In this document: one piece after another, positions 23,800-34,921 of the stretch
Position numbering within the stretch: the stretch's first letter is position 1
Layout of the letters: each line of letters opens with the position of its first letter
Assembly: GCA_023645945.1 (NCBI GenBank)
Contig: JALAIB010000044.1
Location: 1-41,951, forward strand
Length of the DNA: 41,951 nt
Direction of reading: 5' to 3'
Origin: Diploschistes diacapsis
Taxonomy: Eukaryota
Made by a program: the position numbers and the translations under genes
The notes under the pieces: generated by a model
Told to the model about the DNA's origin: nothing
Database searches by the model: none
Seen by the model: the letters and a program-made list of their open reading frames with translations, nothing else

Positions 23800-25805
23800 T
23801 CACAACCATTCTATGAAGTTTGGCTCCCTCCTTGCTTGAGATAATCTCCTTTCCTGTTTACTAGGCTTGTAACCTTGCTCCTCCTCTTGCTCATAGCCTA
23901 TCGACATTCCCTTATCATGCTCAAGATCCTAGAAAGTTTTCAGCCAATACCCCATCCAAGATACCGCTGATAGGAGACTAAATACCTCTTCCTCCGACTC
24001 CTCCGAAGAAGGTTCAGGTGGGTCTTCCCCGTTTGGAGCCTCCGACTCTTCGGGCTCGGTTTTTTCTCCTTCCGAGTCCGGCTCGGTTTCTTCTTCAGCG
24101 GCCTCGGGGACGGTTTCAAACTCAGTTTCTTCGTCTCCGGATTCGGAGCTTGACGAGGTGGGGTCTTCGGGTTCGAGGGCGGCCTCGGACTTAGAGGGCT
24201 CTGGTAATGGAGGAAGTTGCTGCGGAATAGGTGCTGTGGGTGGTGGAAGTGGTGGGAGAGGAGCGAATTCCGTGACGACAATAGGTGGCAGTTGGGGAGG
24301 GCCTGCGTTTGATTTAGGCTGCGATGCGGGAGGCGGAGGTGCAGCGGGCGGAAGTGGCTTAGGCGCTGGTAGCTGAGGGATTTGTACAGCAGGGTTCTCT
24401 TGCTCATGTCCAGGGCCCTTTGGAAGCTGGACATCCGCTAAGTCTGGCTCAGCTATCGGTTGAAGGGGCTGAACGGCTGACAGCGATGACCCAGGTGGAC
24501 AAGATTTGGTCTCTACCACTTGCGGTACGGGCTTATGTAGAGGAACCTTGGACTCTAGAACTGGCGATGCGGACTCAGGTCGAGAAACCTTGGAATTTAC
24601 TACTGATGGTGCGGGCTCAGGTGGAGGAGCTTTGGACTCTACCACTGGTAGTGCGGGCTCAGGTAAAGGAGCTTTGGACGCTTCCACTGGCAGTGTCGGC
24701 TCAGCTAGAGGAGCTTTGCGTTCTAACGCTGACGGTGCGGGCTCAGGTGGAGGAGCTTTGGACTCTACCACTGGTAGTGCGGGCTCAGGTAAAGGAGCTT
24801 TGGACGTTCCCACTGGCAGTGTCGGCTCAGCTAGAAGAGCCTTGGAGCCTAACACTGGTGGTGCGGGCTCAGGTAACGGAGCTTTGGACGCTCCCATTGG
24901 CAGTGTGGGCTCAGCTCGAGGAGCTTTGGACTCTGACGCTGACGGTGCGGGGTCAGGTTGAAGATCTCTAGGTTCAAGCACTTGCACTGGTTTTGACTCC
25001 GGCTCACTCTCCACTGGAAGTTGATCGAAAGTATCCACCACAGGAGCTGATTTTGACATTGAAACATGCGGCTGCTGAGGCTGCTGGTCAAGCGTAACAA
25101 GTGTCTTACCCAGTGATAGAGTTGATATAGCTGCATGCGGAGCTATAGGCTCTGGGACTGTCACCTTGGGAGAAGGCGGATCAACGCGCACCTCAACCGA
25201 ATTCGGCTGCTCGGCCATGGAGATGCATTCGTGAACATTATCTGGCGATACGCTAGGAACAGCTGCTTGATCTAGGCGGGGCTGCGCTTGCGGTGATGGT
25301 GCCTTTGGAGGTGTTCGAGAGGCCTCTTTTCTCCGGTGGTATCTCCTGGGATGAAATATCCTATGGAAGATTTGTCGGATCGCAAGACGAGGCGATCCCA
25401 TTCTCCTTCCGGACCTGTATTGTTGTCCACTGGCCTTTGCTTTTCTCTTCTCCACGATAGCTTCTTTTTTGGCCTGCCGTTTCCTTGCCTTCACCTCAGC
25501 TTTCGCTTCCTTCTTTCTAATCTTTGCTTCCCGAGCACTCCTATGCCTCGCCGCTTTGAAGTCTAGCAAGGCCTTTACCCTGAGAACCTCCGCAATATGG
25601 TCGGCCTTCTTCCTCCTTGCTTTTGCATCCTTATCCACCTTCCTCACAGCTGCCTCTGCGTCATTCTCAGCCTGCTTCCTCTTCGCCGTTTGTGTGGTCG
25701 GAGCTAGCTATACGTCAGCACGCCTAAGACAGTCTTTGACATTCATCAAATTCGCCTCCTCTCAAGAACCATGTCCCAGGTCATACAGTAAACCATATAT
25801 GCCAT
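23800..25805 (-). CDS. Orphan protein: Lys/Arg-rich helical N-terminus, Pro-rich 14-aa tandem repeats, acidic C-terminus; probable introns 25704..25786 (uncertain) and 23929..23985
   Basis: 572-codon ORF 23929..25647 extends upstream to a GCTGAC...TAG acceptor. A GAG|GTATTT...GCTGAA...CTAG intron gives a 43-codon last exon ending TGA at 23800. The start codon is uncertain. Confidence 0.7.
24469..24955 (-). repeat. Coding minisatellite, 42-bp (14-aa) unit x ~11, with a 126-bp higher-order duplication
   Basis: Units such as SKAPLPEPALPVVE, SKAPPPEPAPSALE and SKAPRAEPTLPMGA; near-identical DNA blocks start at 24608 and 24734 (126 bp apart). Confidence 0.92.
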
Positions 25806-26485
25806 TGCACAGCATATTGGCTATGAATGAACGTACTGGAAAGCACGTAGCGAAAACTCAGGCGTGAAATTGAAACGCTTCCTTCTAGATCACCTCTCTT
25901 TCTCATACGCCAGCTCAGTGAGTAATGGTGCCGCAGACATGGTTGCGTCGTTCAAAGAGGTGCATTGATGGCCAACTTACAGTCTTCGGGCGTCACGCTC
26001 ATCCCCTCTCCCGAACGACAGACTTGGACGGCTTACCGTGACCTAAAGACAAGACGCCTAATTATACGATAAATCTAACGATACACAAAGAGGTGCGAGA
26101 GAAGGGGTATTATGGAGGTGAAGAGCAACTAGGTGACGATGAAGAGGGAGAAGAATGACCCTTCGAATCGGAAAACAATAGGATTACGAGAAGTATGGTT
26201 AGCTTCTTGTCTCTCGGGCTCCTCTCAAAGCAGGAGCCACAACCTCTCTCACCACTTCGCTTTCCAGTTTTGGTCTGAGGTAACTTCCGAATGTGGTGGG
26301 ACCGGACGCTCTTGCCTTTTCAAATGCTCTGACTTATCGTCACTAAACCACTGACACGTGATTGGCAGCTCAAGGAACAGATATTGGCTAGACATCATGA
26401 AATAAGGTGTATCGACCCATCTATATACCCAAGGGGGACTTTCCCCGTGCACGAACATAACTATACCAGCAGCTAATAACCGGCA

Positions 26486-27823
26486 TTAGTAGGCCTCTCC
26501 GTATGGCTTAGGTTCTATATCCACGAAGTCAACAAATCCATAGGCATATCCGCCCTGATCGTTCGACATCGTCTCCCTCCACGCGCCTATGGACTTTTTG
26601 AGTGACTCAACCCCTTCTTCTTTGCTAAGATCTAGCGGCTGCTGGTCCTTGCTCACCATCCGGATAAGCGAGCCAGCAGCGACGTTGCTGATCGCGAAGT
26701 CGTCCTCGTCGAGCTTCTGCTGGACCGCGCCTTGAACCTTTCCGGAGAGGATCTTGTTCGGCAGATCAAACTCCTGGCACGTTGGCCTAGCGATACCGAC
26801 GCCATCGACGGTTTTCAAAGCGTTGACCATGGCCCCTACGGACCTTAGGCCGCCAGTAACGTAGACCTTGGTCTTCGTCAGGGCTGGTATGATGACTTCT
26901 GCAAATTCCAAGAAAAAAGCCTCGCGCTTCTTGGTAGACTCTCTCTTGTGGGTGAAAGCAAGTTCTTGGTACGTGCCACCGCTCAACTCCACAAAGTCAA
27001 ATTGGTGTTGTTCCAGCCAGGTGCAAATTTGCTTGCATTCCTCTGTGCTGAAGCCTTTGTCCTGAAACTCGACGCTGTTGATCTTGATGCCTAGGATGAA
27101 GGATTGAGGTACGCGTTTCCGAATTTCCTTGGCGATCTCCAGAATGAGACGCGACCTGTTCTCTAAAGATCCACCATATTCATCTGTTCGTAGGTTCGTG
27201 GTTGGAGAAAGATACTGTGCAAGGAGATAGCCATGTGCGGCGTGCAACTGGACCCCATCGTAGCCTGCCTTGTACAGGTATTCAGCAGCATGAGCAAACT
27301 CGTTGATAACTTTCTTGATGTCCTCTTTCGTCATGGGCCTTGGCTTAGCGAAAGTCATACCCATGAGGTTTCCCTCCAGCTGGACGTCGCTTGCGGAGAT
27401 AGGATGAGGCTGGACCGCTTCGGCTGTCTGTCTACCCGGATGGCTGAGCTGGCCGACTACCAAGCTGCCGTGCGCCTTGGACTCTGCGCCCATCTTCTTG
27501 AATGCCTCGAAACGTTCTCCGGAGAAAGGGGCATCCTCGGGGATGATCGGATTGCCTCGAGCCTCAAGATGCTCGGGATGAACCATGATGTTTCCAGTCA
27601 AGATATGACCGAATCCTCCCTCACCCCACCTCTTGTAGACGTTAATGAGACCAGCAGAAGGGACTCCGCGCGCTGCGGTGTTCGTGGGATCCCAGCTTGA
27701 GAGGCGCTCTGTCATGGCTGCCTTCAGGAAGCGATTCGGCGCATCGCGTCCGCTGAATTCGAAATGGAGGGGCTTGCCCAGAGGGGCAGCCGAGACCTCT
27801 GCTCCGGTGGACGTTGGGGTCAT
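26486..27823 (-). CDS. NADH:flavin oxidoreductase / Old Yellow Enzyme family (FMN TIM barrel), intronless
   Basis: Motifs NRFLKAAMTE, GGFGHILTGN, QLSHPGRQ, GYDGVQLHAAHGYLLAQYLSPTTNLRTDEYGGSLENRSR, GIKINS and ELSGG. Likely start is the ATG at 27823 (MTPTSTG) rather than the upstream GTG. Confidence 0.95.
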   Translation of the reverse strand: MTPTSTGAEVSAAPLGKPLHFEFSGRDAPNRFLKAAMTERLSSWDPTNTAARGVPSAGLINVYKRWGEGGFGHILTGNIMVHPEHLEARGNPIIPEDAPFSGERFEAFKKMGAESKAHGSLVVGQLSHPGRQTAEAVQPHPISASDVQLEGNLMGMTFAKPRPMTKEDIKKVINEFAHAAEYLYKAGYDGVQLHAAHGYLLAQYLSPTTNLRTDEYGGSLENRSRLILEIAKEIRKRVPQSFILGIKINSVEFQDKGFSTEECKQICTWLEQHQFDFVELSGGTYQELAFTHKRESTKKREAFFLEFAEVIIPALTKTKVYVTGGLRSVGAMVNALKTVDGVGIARPTCQEFDLPNKILSGKVQGAVQQKLDEDDFAISNVAAGSLIRMVSKDQQPLDLSKEEGVESLKKSIGAWRETMSNDQGGYAYGFVDFVDIEPKPYGEAY

Positions 27824-28232
27824 GGTGACTGCGAAATAAAGAGATGTAGTATGTTGGGATTTCAATGCTTGGATTAAAGAAGCTTGGATAACAAGTGAGG
27901 GGGAAAGAGGGTCTCTCAATCCAAACTTATACCGTATGCGAAACCCCGTCTTCTCCACGCACCGATATTACCAATCCCAGGAACATGCCGTGATCTTCTA
28001 GAACGCGGATGCCCACTGATGTCATTGCATTCGCCTTCCATACAGAGTCTACCCCTAACAGGTAGGGCCACGCTGACGACTCAACGCCATACTCAAATCC
28101 CAGTTTTTCCTAGACAACCTGAATGTGTATGGCGCTCGCTAGTGTAATATTACAAAGCACCAGTTCAGTACCGCTAAGCCGCATAGCCAAAAGACCAACA
28201 ATACTGCATTGTGCTAGTATTGAACGAAGCTA

Positions 28233-28256
28233 ATATATATATATATATATATATAT
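28233..28256. repeat. (AT)12 microsatellite
   Basis: Perfect dinucleotide run upstream of the OYE gene. Confidence 0.95.
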
Positions 28257-29189
28257 GCAAAGATCACACTAGCGTAGAATCTATGGCTTACGTGATCCTG
28301 TAACTGTTGAGCAGACAGGCAGAGTGCATGGCTAAGTTCAGTTCGGAGGGGGTACTAGATTATTAATACATGCGTTGCCCAAAGGTAATGTTACATGAAT
28401 TTATGAGAATTATGCATGAAACATATATAAGGTTCTTGAGGGTCTTGGCGCCAAGTATCGACCTATATAAGCAGCTTCTTATATCCGAAAGCTGTCTTTG
28501 GGGTTAGATTGTTACTGTATATGGTGCTTCTTTAGGGCAAACCCTCCCAGTCAATAGTCGGAAAGGGCAGTCGCTGTAAAAGGCATGTCGAAGCGACATT
28601 GCGCCATAGCATACGGGTGAGAGGTTAGGGAACACCTGCATCTACATCTGCACTGTGCATCTGCATGTAACAACTATCTCCCATCTCGGCGAATGAGGAA
28701 GTTCATGGTCAATTATAGCTAGCTACCTTCGACATCCGGTCCGACGTTCCGAGGGTAGGGCATTAGCTAGCCATATCTTAACTCCGGAGATAAGATTAGG
28801 GTTCACCTACAGCCGAATGACTAATAGTATTTTGTACCTAGGTGAACAGTGTAGTCGTATTAGATAGATCTCTAGTCATGGCTCATGACTTCCATCATCC
28901 ATGTACAACTTGGTGTCCAGTTCACACTATTTCTGAATCCTCCTCATCGGGCGATAGATTGCTTAATTTGTTCTATATAAGTGTATGTGAATTGAAAATG
29001 TCGGTATCAAAGGGTAACTTCGTTGTTACTCTGGAGTCGGCTGTCTTTTCTTTGCTTCTTACTCTCAGACATACACCATATCCCAATGCAATGACGATGG
29101 TCTACAGCAGAGAAGTCCGAGGTTCATTGAATAGCCTACAATATACCGAGGTCCGACATCGACTCAGTTTGGACTAATCAAATCTTCAA

Positions 29190-30550
29190 GAACTCGCGCT
29201 TCACTAGCTAAGTAGGTGCAAGTGCCCGCGAATGCTGACAAATTGCGAATGCCCGGTTGCTACTAACCAAAGTCCCAACCGAATACTGAAATGGAACAGC
29301 TCATCTATTACTCGAACATATTGTTGAGGGAGGGTTTTTGGCTAGCCGTCCCATCAAGACCCGCATCGTGATCAGTCAAAGCCCACCGCTTCGAAGCTGG
29401 TAGTCATGCTAGGACATTCCATACACACCAGCAGCTGTAAAGAAAGTCCCTGCTTATTCCTCGCCGGCTGTCCTGCCTGCTAAGAGCACTACATACCTAA
29501 CGATGGCTAGGGCGTTGCCTGCAAGCAAGAAAATGCCTCGAAATCGAGGCCCGCCTAAAGCATACGAAGTTGCTACACAGAAGATGAGACCGACAAAGTT
29601 TGGGGGTACTGCGAATGGTTGAGCTACGCTCGCTTGAAACCTGCCTTGTATCCGAGGGCTCGGACGATGGTGGACAGGAAGAGCGAAAAAGAGTAGATGG
29701 GACTAATGATCAGGAAGTTGCTGATGCTCAGGAACAGCGTGTCCAGACTTTGCAGCGCCAGTCGCACCCAATGCCTAGAAAAACACCCCTGCTGCGACAT
29801 CTTGGCGAATTGTATGTCCCTGAGGAATTTTGTAGCCATTCGCTGCGTGGCCACGGCTTCCCCTTCCTCAAACGGAAAACTACGGCTTGCTTTATCTCCT
29901 AGCGCGATCAAGAACGCTGCGAGTCCGAGCTGGATAATAACAGCACCTTCCACGAAGAATATCCAGGCCATTCTGGATGCTCTATTAATCGCGATACGAC
30001 GACGCCCCGCTGGAAACCTATTCACTGACAGCCCGCATATGGAGTCTGACCGTGGCCTGTTGGAAGGAGGCCGCCTATAAAACCGCTAATGGGGATGCAG
30101 TGAAGAAAGATATACGCAATGCAAGCTTGTGCCGCTGATAGAAAGTTGCAATATAGATCACGAAATCACCGATCAAGCCTCCTTCGCCGAGACCGAGGAC
30201 TTTACGAGCCATGATGGGGTCTCTATACATCTCCATCGTGCGACGTTGACGATGGCTCATGCAATGACAAGTCCTGGCAGGTACTGGCGGGCACGGGATT
30301 GCTTGACAGCCTAGTTGATTCGGAGGGCAATGAGCGCTTATGGAGTATAGAAAGCTATCTATCCGCGCTCAAATCGCAGAAGACTCACCCATATTCACTC
30401 TATTCAATTCTGGAAAAAAATACAGGCCGAAAAGCCATGGCATGATGCGAAGGTCAAACTTGCGAACCCTACATTTTATGAACAAGTCGTTAGGCATATC
30501 CGTCCCTCTGTCTGGTCATTCTCAGTTACATTTTGCGCAGCTTCATAGTT
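29190..30550 (-). pseudogene. MFS transporter pseudogene, anion:cation symporter (Dal5/Tna1 allantoate-nicotinate permease) family
   Basis: Fragments in canonical order across stops and frameshifts: VRKFDLRIMPWLFGLYFFPELNRVNMG followed by a GTGAGT donor, LGLGEGGLIGDFVIYIATFYQRHKLALRISFF, AWIFFVEGAVII, IYSFSLFLSTIVRALGY, RFRGIFLL, NLSAFAGTCTYL. Ends are approximate. Confidence 0.85.
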
Positions 30551-31080
30551 ATTGCCTGTTGCCTCTATCATGTATATTCTGACCAACCACTAAGAAGGAG
30601 CGCTGAGCTATCACTGCTACACAGAAGGAGAACGGCCAATTGAACACGTCTTTTAAAGAAGAAGGCTTGTAGCTTCGAGGGCCGCGCCCTGGGATACGTT
30701 CCCCATCCGGTGAAAGCTATTCCTGCCCTGGCAGCCCTCAGATTAGGCTGCAAGATTCTCTCTACAGAAAGGCTCCGGTTGATGCAGGCATCATGCCCGT
30801 AACTTTAGGAACTTGAGTTGAATCTCAATTAAAGGTGCAGCATTTGAACATTGGGATTTGGCGATCAGATCCAATTGAGATTACCATTCCCGCAAACAAG
30901 GATCTTCGGCTGTGGCGGCTCGAGATAGCGGCATTTTGAGTAGGGTAAGCAAAAACAGAGCAAGGGCAGTCAGCGCTTTGAATTTGAAGATTAGATAGCG
31001 ACATTTTGTCGTGCACGGTAGGTTATATTCCTAATCTTTTCCGCATTTCCAAATCCGTGCAACTTTGCAATTGTATACCG

Positions 31081-32106
31081 ATGTCCAAATTACCCATCAC
31101 TTTCACATACGGGCCCTACAATCGTATGGCCGCTCTCGCGAAAGGAGAAGTTCAGCTTGCAGGAATAGCACTCGACTGCGTGGCAATCGACCACCGGCGA
31201 GATGTGTTGAGTGGAATGATTGGAAGCCACGAGTTCGACGCATCAGCGTCGTCTGCTTCGGAGTACATATGCCGTTGTGCTGCCGGTGATCGAGATCTCG
31301 TTGCTCTCCCTGGTTATTCATCCGGGGTCTTCCGACACGGCTTTCGCTGTGCATAAAAACTTCGTTAAGAAGCCTAGGGATCTCCACGGTAAGAAAGTCG
31401 GTGTGCAACTGCATACCATGACTGCTGCCGTTTCGATCCGAGGGTTACTACAACAGGCCGATGTCGACTTATCGAGCATAGCCTGGGCAGAGGGCGCATT
31501 AGAGAAGCCAGGCAGTCATGGCGTCTCTAGCGCAAAGCCGTTGCTGAAGCGGGTGAAAAGGGTGAGAAACGAGACAAACCAATCTCTGTCCCAACTTCTT
31601 GAAATGGCGAGATTGCCGCCATGATAGGTAAGTCTTTCTCTGTTAAGTCAGTTCGGGTAAAATTCAGATGCTTGCCAGGCCCAAAATATTCCCTTACCAG
31701 GTGCCGACCTTCCCCCCTGCTTCCACACTTGTCCGCACGTCAAGCGCCTCTTCCCCGACTTCAAGTCCGCCGAAAAGACCTATTTCCGCGGAACAGGCAT
31801 CTTTCCCATCGTGCACCTGCTTGCGATCCAGCGTAAGGTTCTCGAGCGATACCCCTTCGTCGCAACTTCTCTGTTCAACACATTCCAGGACTCTAAGCCG
31901 AAGCGCTACGGCAGATGCTCTTCTTTGGAGAGCTAAGGTATATGCTTCCGTGGTTGCCGGCAGAACTGGACGGGATTGACGAGGTGTTCCAGATCTCGAG
32001 AGGTGGTCCATCTGTTTATGGCTTGGAGGAGAACCGGAAGATTCTGGAGGCGCTGGTGGGCTTCTTAGAGAAGCGAGGCATGATCGAGGAAGGGTTGTCA
32101 AAATGA
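31081..32106 (+). pseudogene. 4,5-dihydroxyphthalate decarboxylase-like / type-2 periplasmic-binding-fold protein, frameshifted; intron 31628..31700
   Basis: MSKLPITFTYGPYNRMAALAKGEV, EFDASASSASEY, ALPGYSSGVFRHGF, PRDLHGKKVGVQLHTMTAAVSIRGLLQ, LSQLLE/GEIAAMI, VKRLFPDFKSAEKTYFRGTGIFPIVHLLAI, RYMLPWL and YGLEENRKILEALV match this family in order but lie in different frames (shifts near 31343, 31603, ~31725, ~31905). Confidence 0.85.
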
Positions 32107-32922
32107 GAAACTTTTTGCCGGTATTAACGGGCAGTATTTGAAGGTCTAAGGAAATGTTCGAGAACTTGCTGACGTCGAAGAACCTGCTATGGCAGCACAC
32201 GCGACAAATTAGGATCTGCTCAAAAAGAGAAGATTAATTGGGACCATAGAGGTCCGTGGAGTACTCCAAGGTCATCAATCTTGTGTCTCACCTCACTCAA
32301 AGGCGGCGAAAAGCCTCGAGGGTGTTCACTGACTGCTGGAGCAACCACTAATCACTCGAAACCAGGTCCTTTGTAAAATTCAAGCTGTTTTCCGACAGTC
32401 AGAACTTTCTCCTCTGACGCCATGCATCGTATCAACAGCCCGTGGCTTGAACTGTGGCTTGCCGTCAGCCCCAGGTTCCATCCAATCAAGACCCGCTAGT
32501 CACGAATGCCGGCCGCCTTTCCCCTCAAACCTACGGTCACGCTTCTCCCATGGAGCCGTTGCCGTATGAGCTTCATGCTCTGGCCTTGTGAAGTGTGCGG
32601 AAAAGGCATGGCAGGTTCTCTCCACCGAGCCGTACTGGATAAGCCAAAAAGCCTTTTGGCGACGGGCGATTTGCTGAGAGAAGCGAGCTGTGAGCACTAG
32701 CTAAGAGGATGTGAAGCCCTCGCAAGCCAAAGAGCAAGGCTTTGCTTCTTCTTGCCAGGCGCAAGACATGCGGTGACAGCTAAGAAAAACCAACGACATA
32801 TTAAAGATAGGAAGTAACCCATCTCGCGAGTCCCAATTTCAACGTTCTTTATCACTTCATATCTGTTCACCTTCTGCGTCAACAGCCATCGATCGCTCAC
32901 TTCCGCTCCACAGCCCATCAGC

Positions 32923-33596
32923 ATGCGCTCCTCCTTCTTCCTCTCTTCCCTCATTCTCTCTACCCTCTCCTCCGCCTCCCCTTTTCCCTCCCCCAACGGC
33001 GCCGCCAACCCAACACCCACCCTCTCCAACCGCGCCACCTCCCCCAGGCTCTTCACCGTCCAAGCCTTCGAATCCCCCAACCCTTCCGGCGTCGGCCTGA
33101 CGGGCTACTACCTCTCCGGCTCCGGCTCCGGCGCGCTGACCCTCACCTCCACCGCGCCCAAGCCGCCAACAGTCTTCTACGTCGACAGCGGCGCGCACGC
33201 CTTTATCGTATTTCTCTCCTCCCCCAAAAAGACGAAATAAATAAAAAACCTAACCACCAATCAAAGGACGCCAACCCCCCGATCCCGGTCTACATCGACA
33301 CCTCGCAGGGTCTCCTCGCCGCGGGCTCGAGCCCGCCCAGCACCGCGCTCACGGTCCCCTTCTACCACCTGGGCACAGGGACGACGCTGTACACGGTGCA
33401 GAACGGGTACGCGACCGAGGGCGCCGCGGTGTTCCAGTGGGTCGGGAGCGAGAACGGGGCTTGGTTTGCGTGTCCGCTGGGGACAGGAGGGAAGGGCGGA
33501 CAGGCGCTGGGCCTGGTGAAGCAGATGACGGTTGTGAATCCCGACGTGGGGAATTGCAGCGCGGTTGAGTTGGGGGCGGTGGATTACGAGGCGTGA
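32923..33596 (+). CDS. Small secreted protein (~204 aa), fungal IgE-binding/PhiA-like cell-wall-protein type; intron 33208..33266
   Basis: Signal peptide MRSSFFLSSLILSTLSSA-SP. Intron GTATTT...CCTAAC...AAG joins the exons in frame. C-terminal WFACP...NCSAVELGAVDY two-Cys motif; strong GC3 bias. Confidence 0.8.
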
Positions 33597-33699
33597 ATGA
33601 AATGATGAGGGCGAGGACGGGGGGAGAGGAGAGGATCGTATGTTGTTGAGGACAGAGAATGCTCGGTGCTGTCCTATTGTGTGGTACGAGGCAGTAATG

Positions 33700-34274
33700 A
33701 CACATAGCTTCAAACTTTGCGCAGCAAGAGGAATCGCCCACTCCCCTCCGTATCCCTTCCCCAACATCTTCAATCCAAAGTACAAATACAGCCATTCGTC
33801 CCCTGGGCCCTTGAATACCTCTGAAACCGCCACTCACCACCCCCATCCCAACACCGTCGGTTCGGCCAAACAAGATCGTCAGTGCCGTACCGCGTGCCCC
33901 CCCAACATCGACCAACGCTCCCTTCGCATCTCGCTTCCTTCCTATACGCCAGGTTCGTCTTCGGACTAATCGGACTCCCCTTCCGCGACGCCAAGCTCGA
34001 GCGACCGGGGCTACCCCCGACGCCGGAGCTGGCTCCCCGACACCGACCCCTTCGCACCCACCCTCAACGCTGGCGGGCACATTCGCGGTCATCCCGACCT
34101 TGCCGGCCGTTGATGGGACTCCCCTTCGTTGGTCTAAAGAAATTAATTCTGGTCGCGCGCGAGTTCGTCCATACACATAGCGCTGAAGGCATGCCTCGAG
34201 GAAAGGAACGGGATATACAAGCTGGGTATATCCGCTCGTACGGTGCTTCACGCCGTATGTTTGAAGCATTGTAG
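33700..34274 (+). pseudogene. Possible relic of a fungal HNH-endonuclease-domain gene
   Basis: HRPTLPSHLASFLYARFVFGLI (~33906-33971) resembles the H..r...l....FLFARFAWxIF segment that follows fungal HNH_2 domains. No intact catalytic core is visible. Confidence 0.3.
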
Positions 34275-34921
34275 TAACGGGGCACAAATAGGGCAGGAGA
34301 GAGGGGAGGGCTACAGGAGCAGGAACAGATGCTTCGAAAACAGGTCGTATCATGATACCACCCTATAGTCAGTTCTCGAGAGGACCATCAAGCGCCGTAG
34401 GCCAGCGCTAAGAATGAGCAGTTGTTGATGAATTTGCGTCAAATTGGAAAAGGAGGGAAGAGATATATGTTCCTAGATACCCTCGAACGTGTCTTCTTGG
34501 CCTGTGAGTTGCATGACATTCATCTCAAAGGTTGAAGTTCGTGTGCTTGCTTTGTCCTAATATGTTTTTCCAACATACTGTACTGATGAATATGGGATTG
34601 TATGAAGGAAGTCCTGGGTAACAATTTAGTGCCGCACACCATCCTCTTTGTGGAAAAGACGTCAATCATAATACCACCCTGAAGTAGCGATCTGGAATAA
34701 CAAGAATCAAGCATCGATATTCATAGAATTTCTTAGTATTCCTATATACTGCGCCTCCTTCGCTGTGTACGATTTCGGAACGACTACTAGACTCTTGGAG
34801 AAATCCATTCCTGATTCAAGAACTACAGGCCTGTTAATTTCCTATAGAGACATTCATAACTTCGATTCTATTGCTTTCTTGCTATTGTATATTTATTATG
34901 AAAAACACAAAAATTGGTTAA

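Noticed and set aside
24420..24971. Repetitive plus-strand ORFs and CRISPR-like periodicity
   Set aside because: Opposite strand of the 42-bp coding minisatellite; there are no unique spacers and the context is eukaryotic.
33349..34353. 334-aa minus-strand ORF
   Set aside because: Overlaps the secreted-protein exon in antisense; low-complexity GC-driven open frame.
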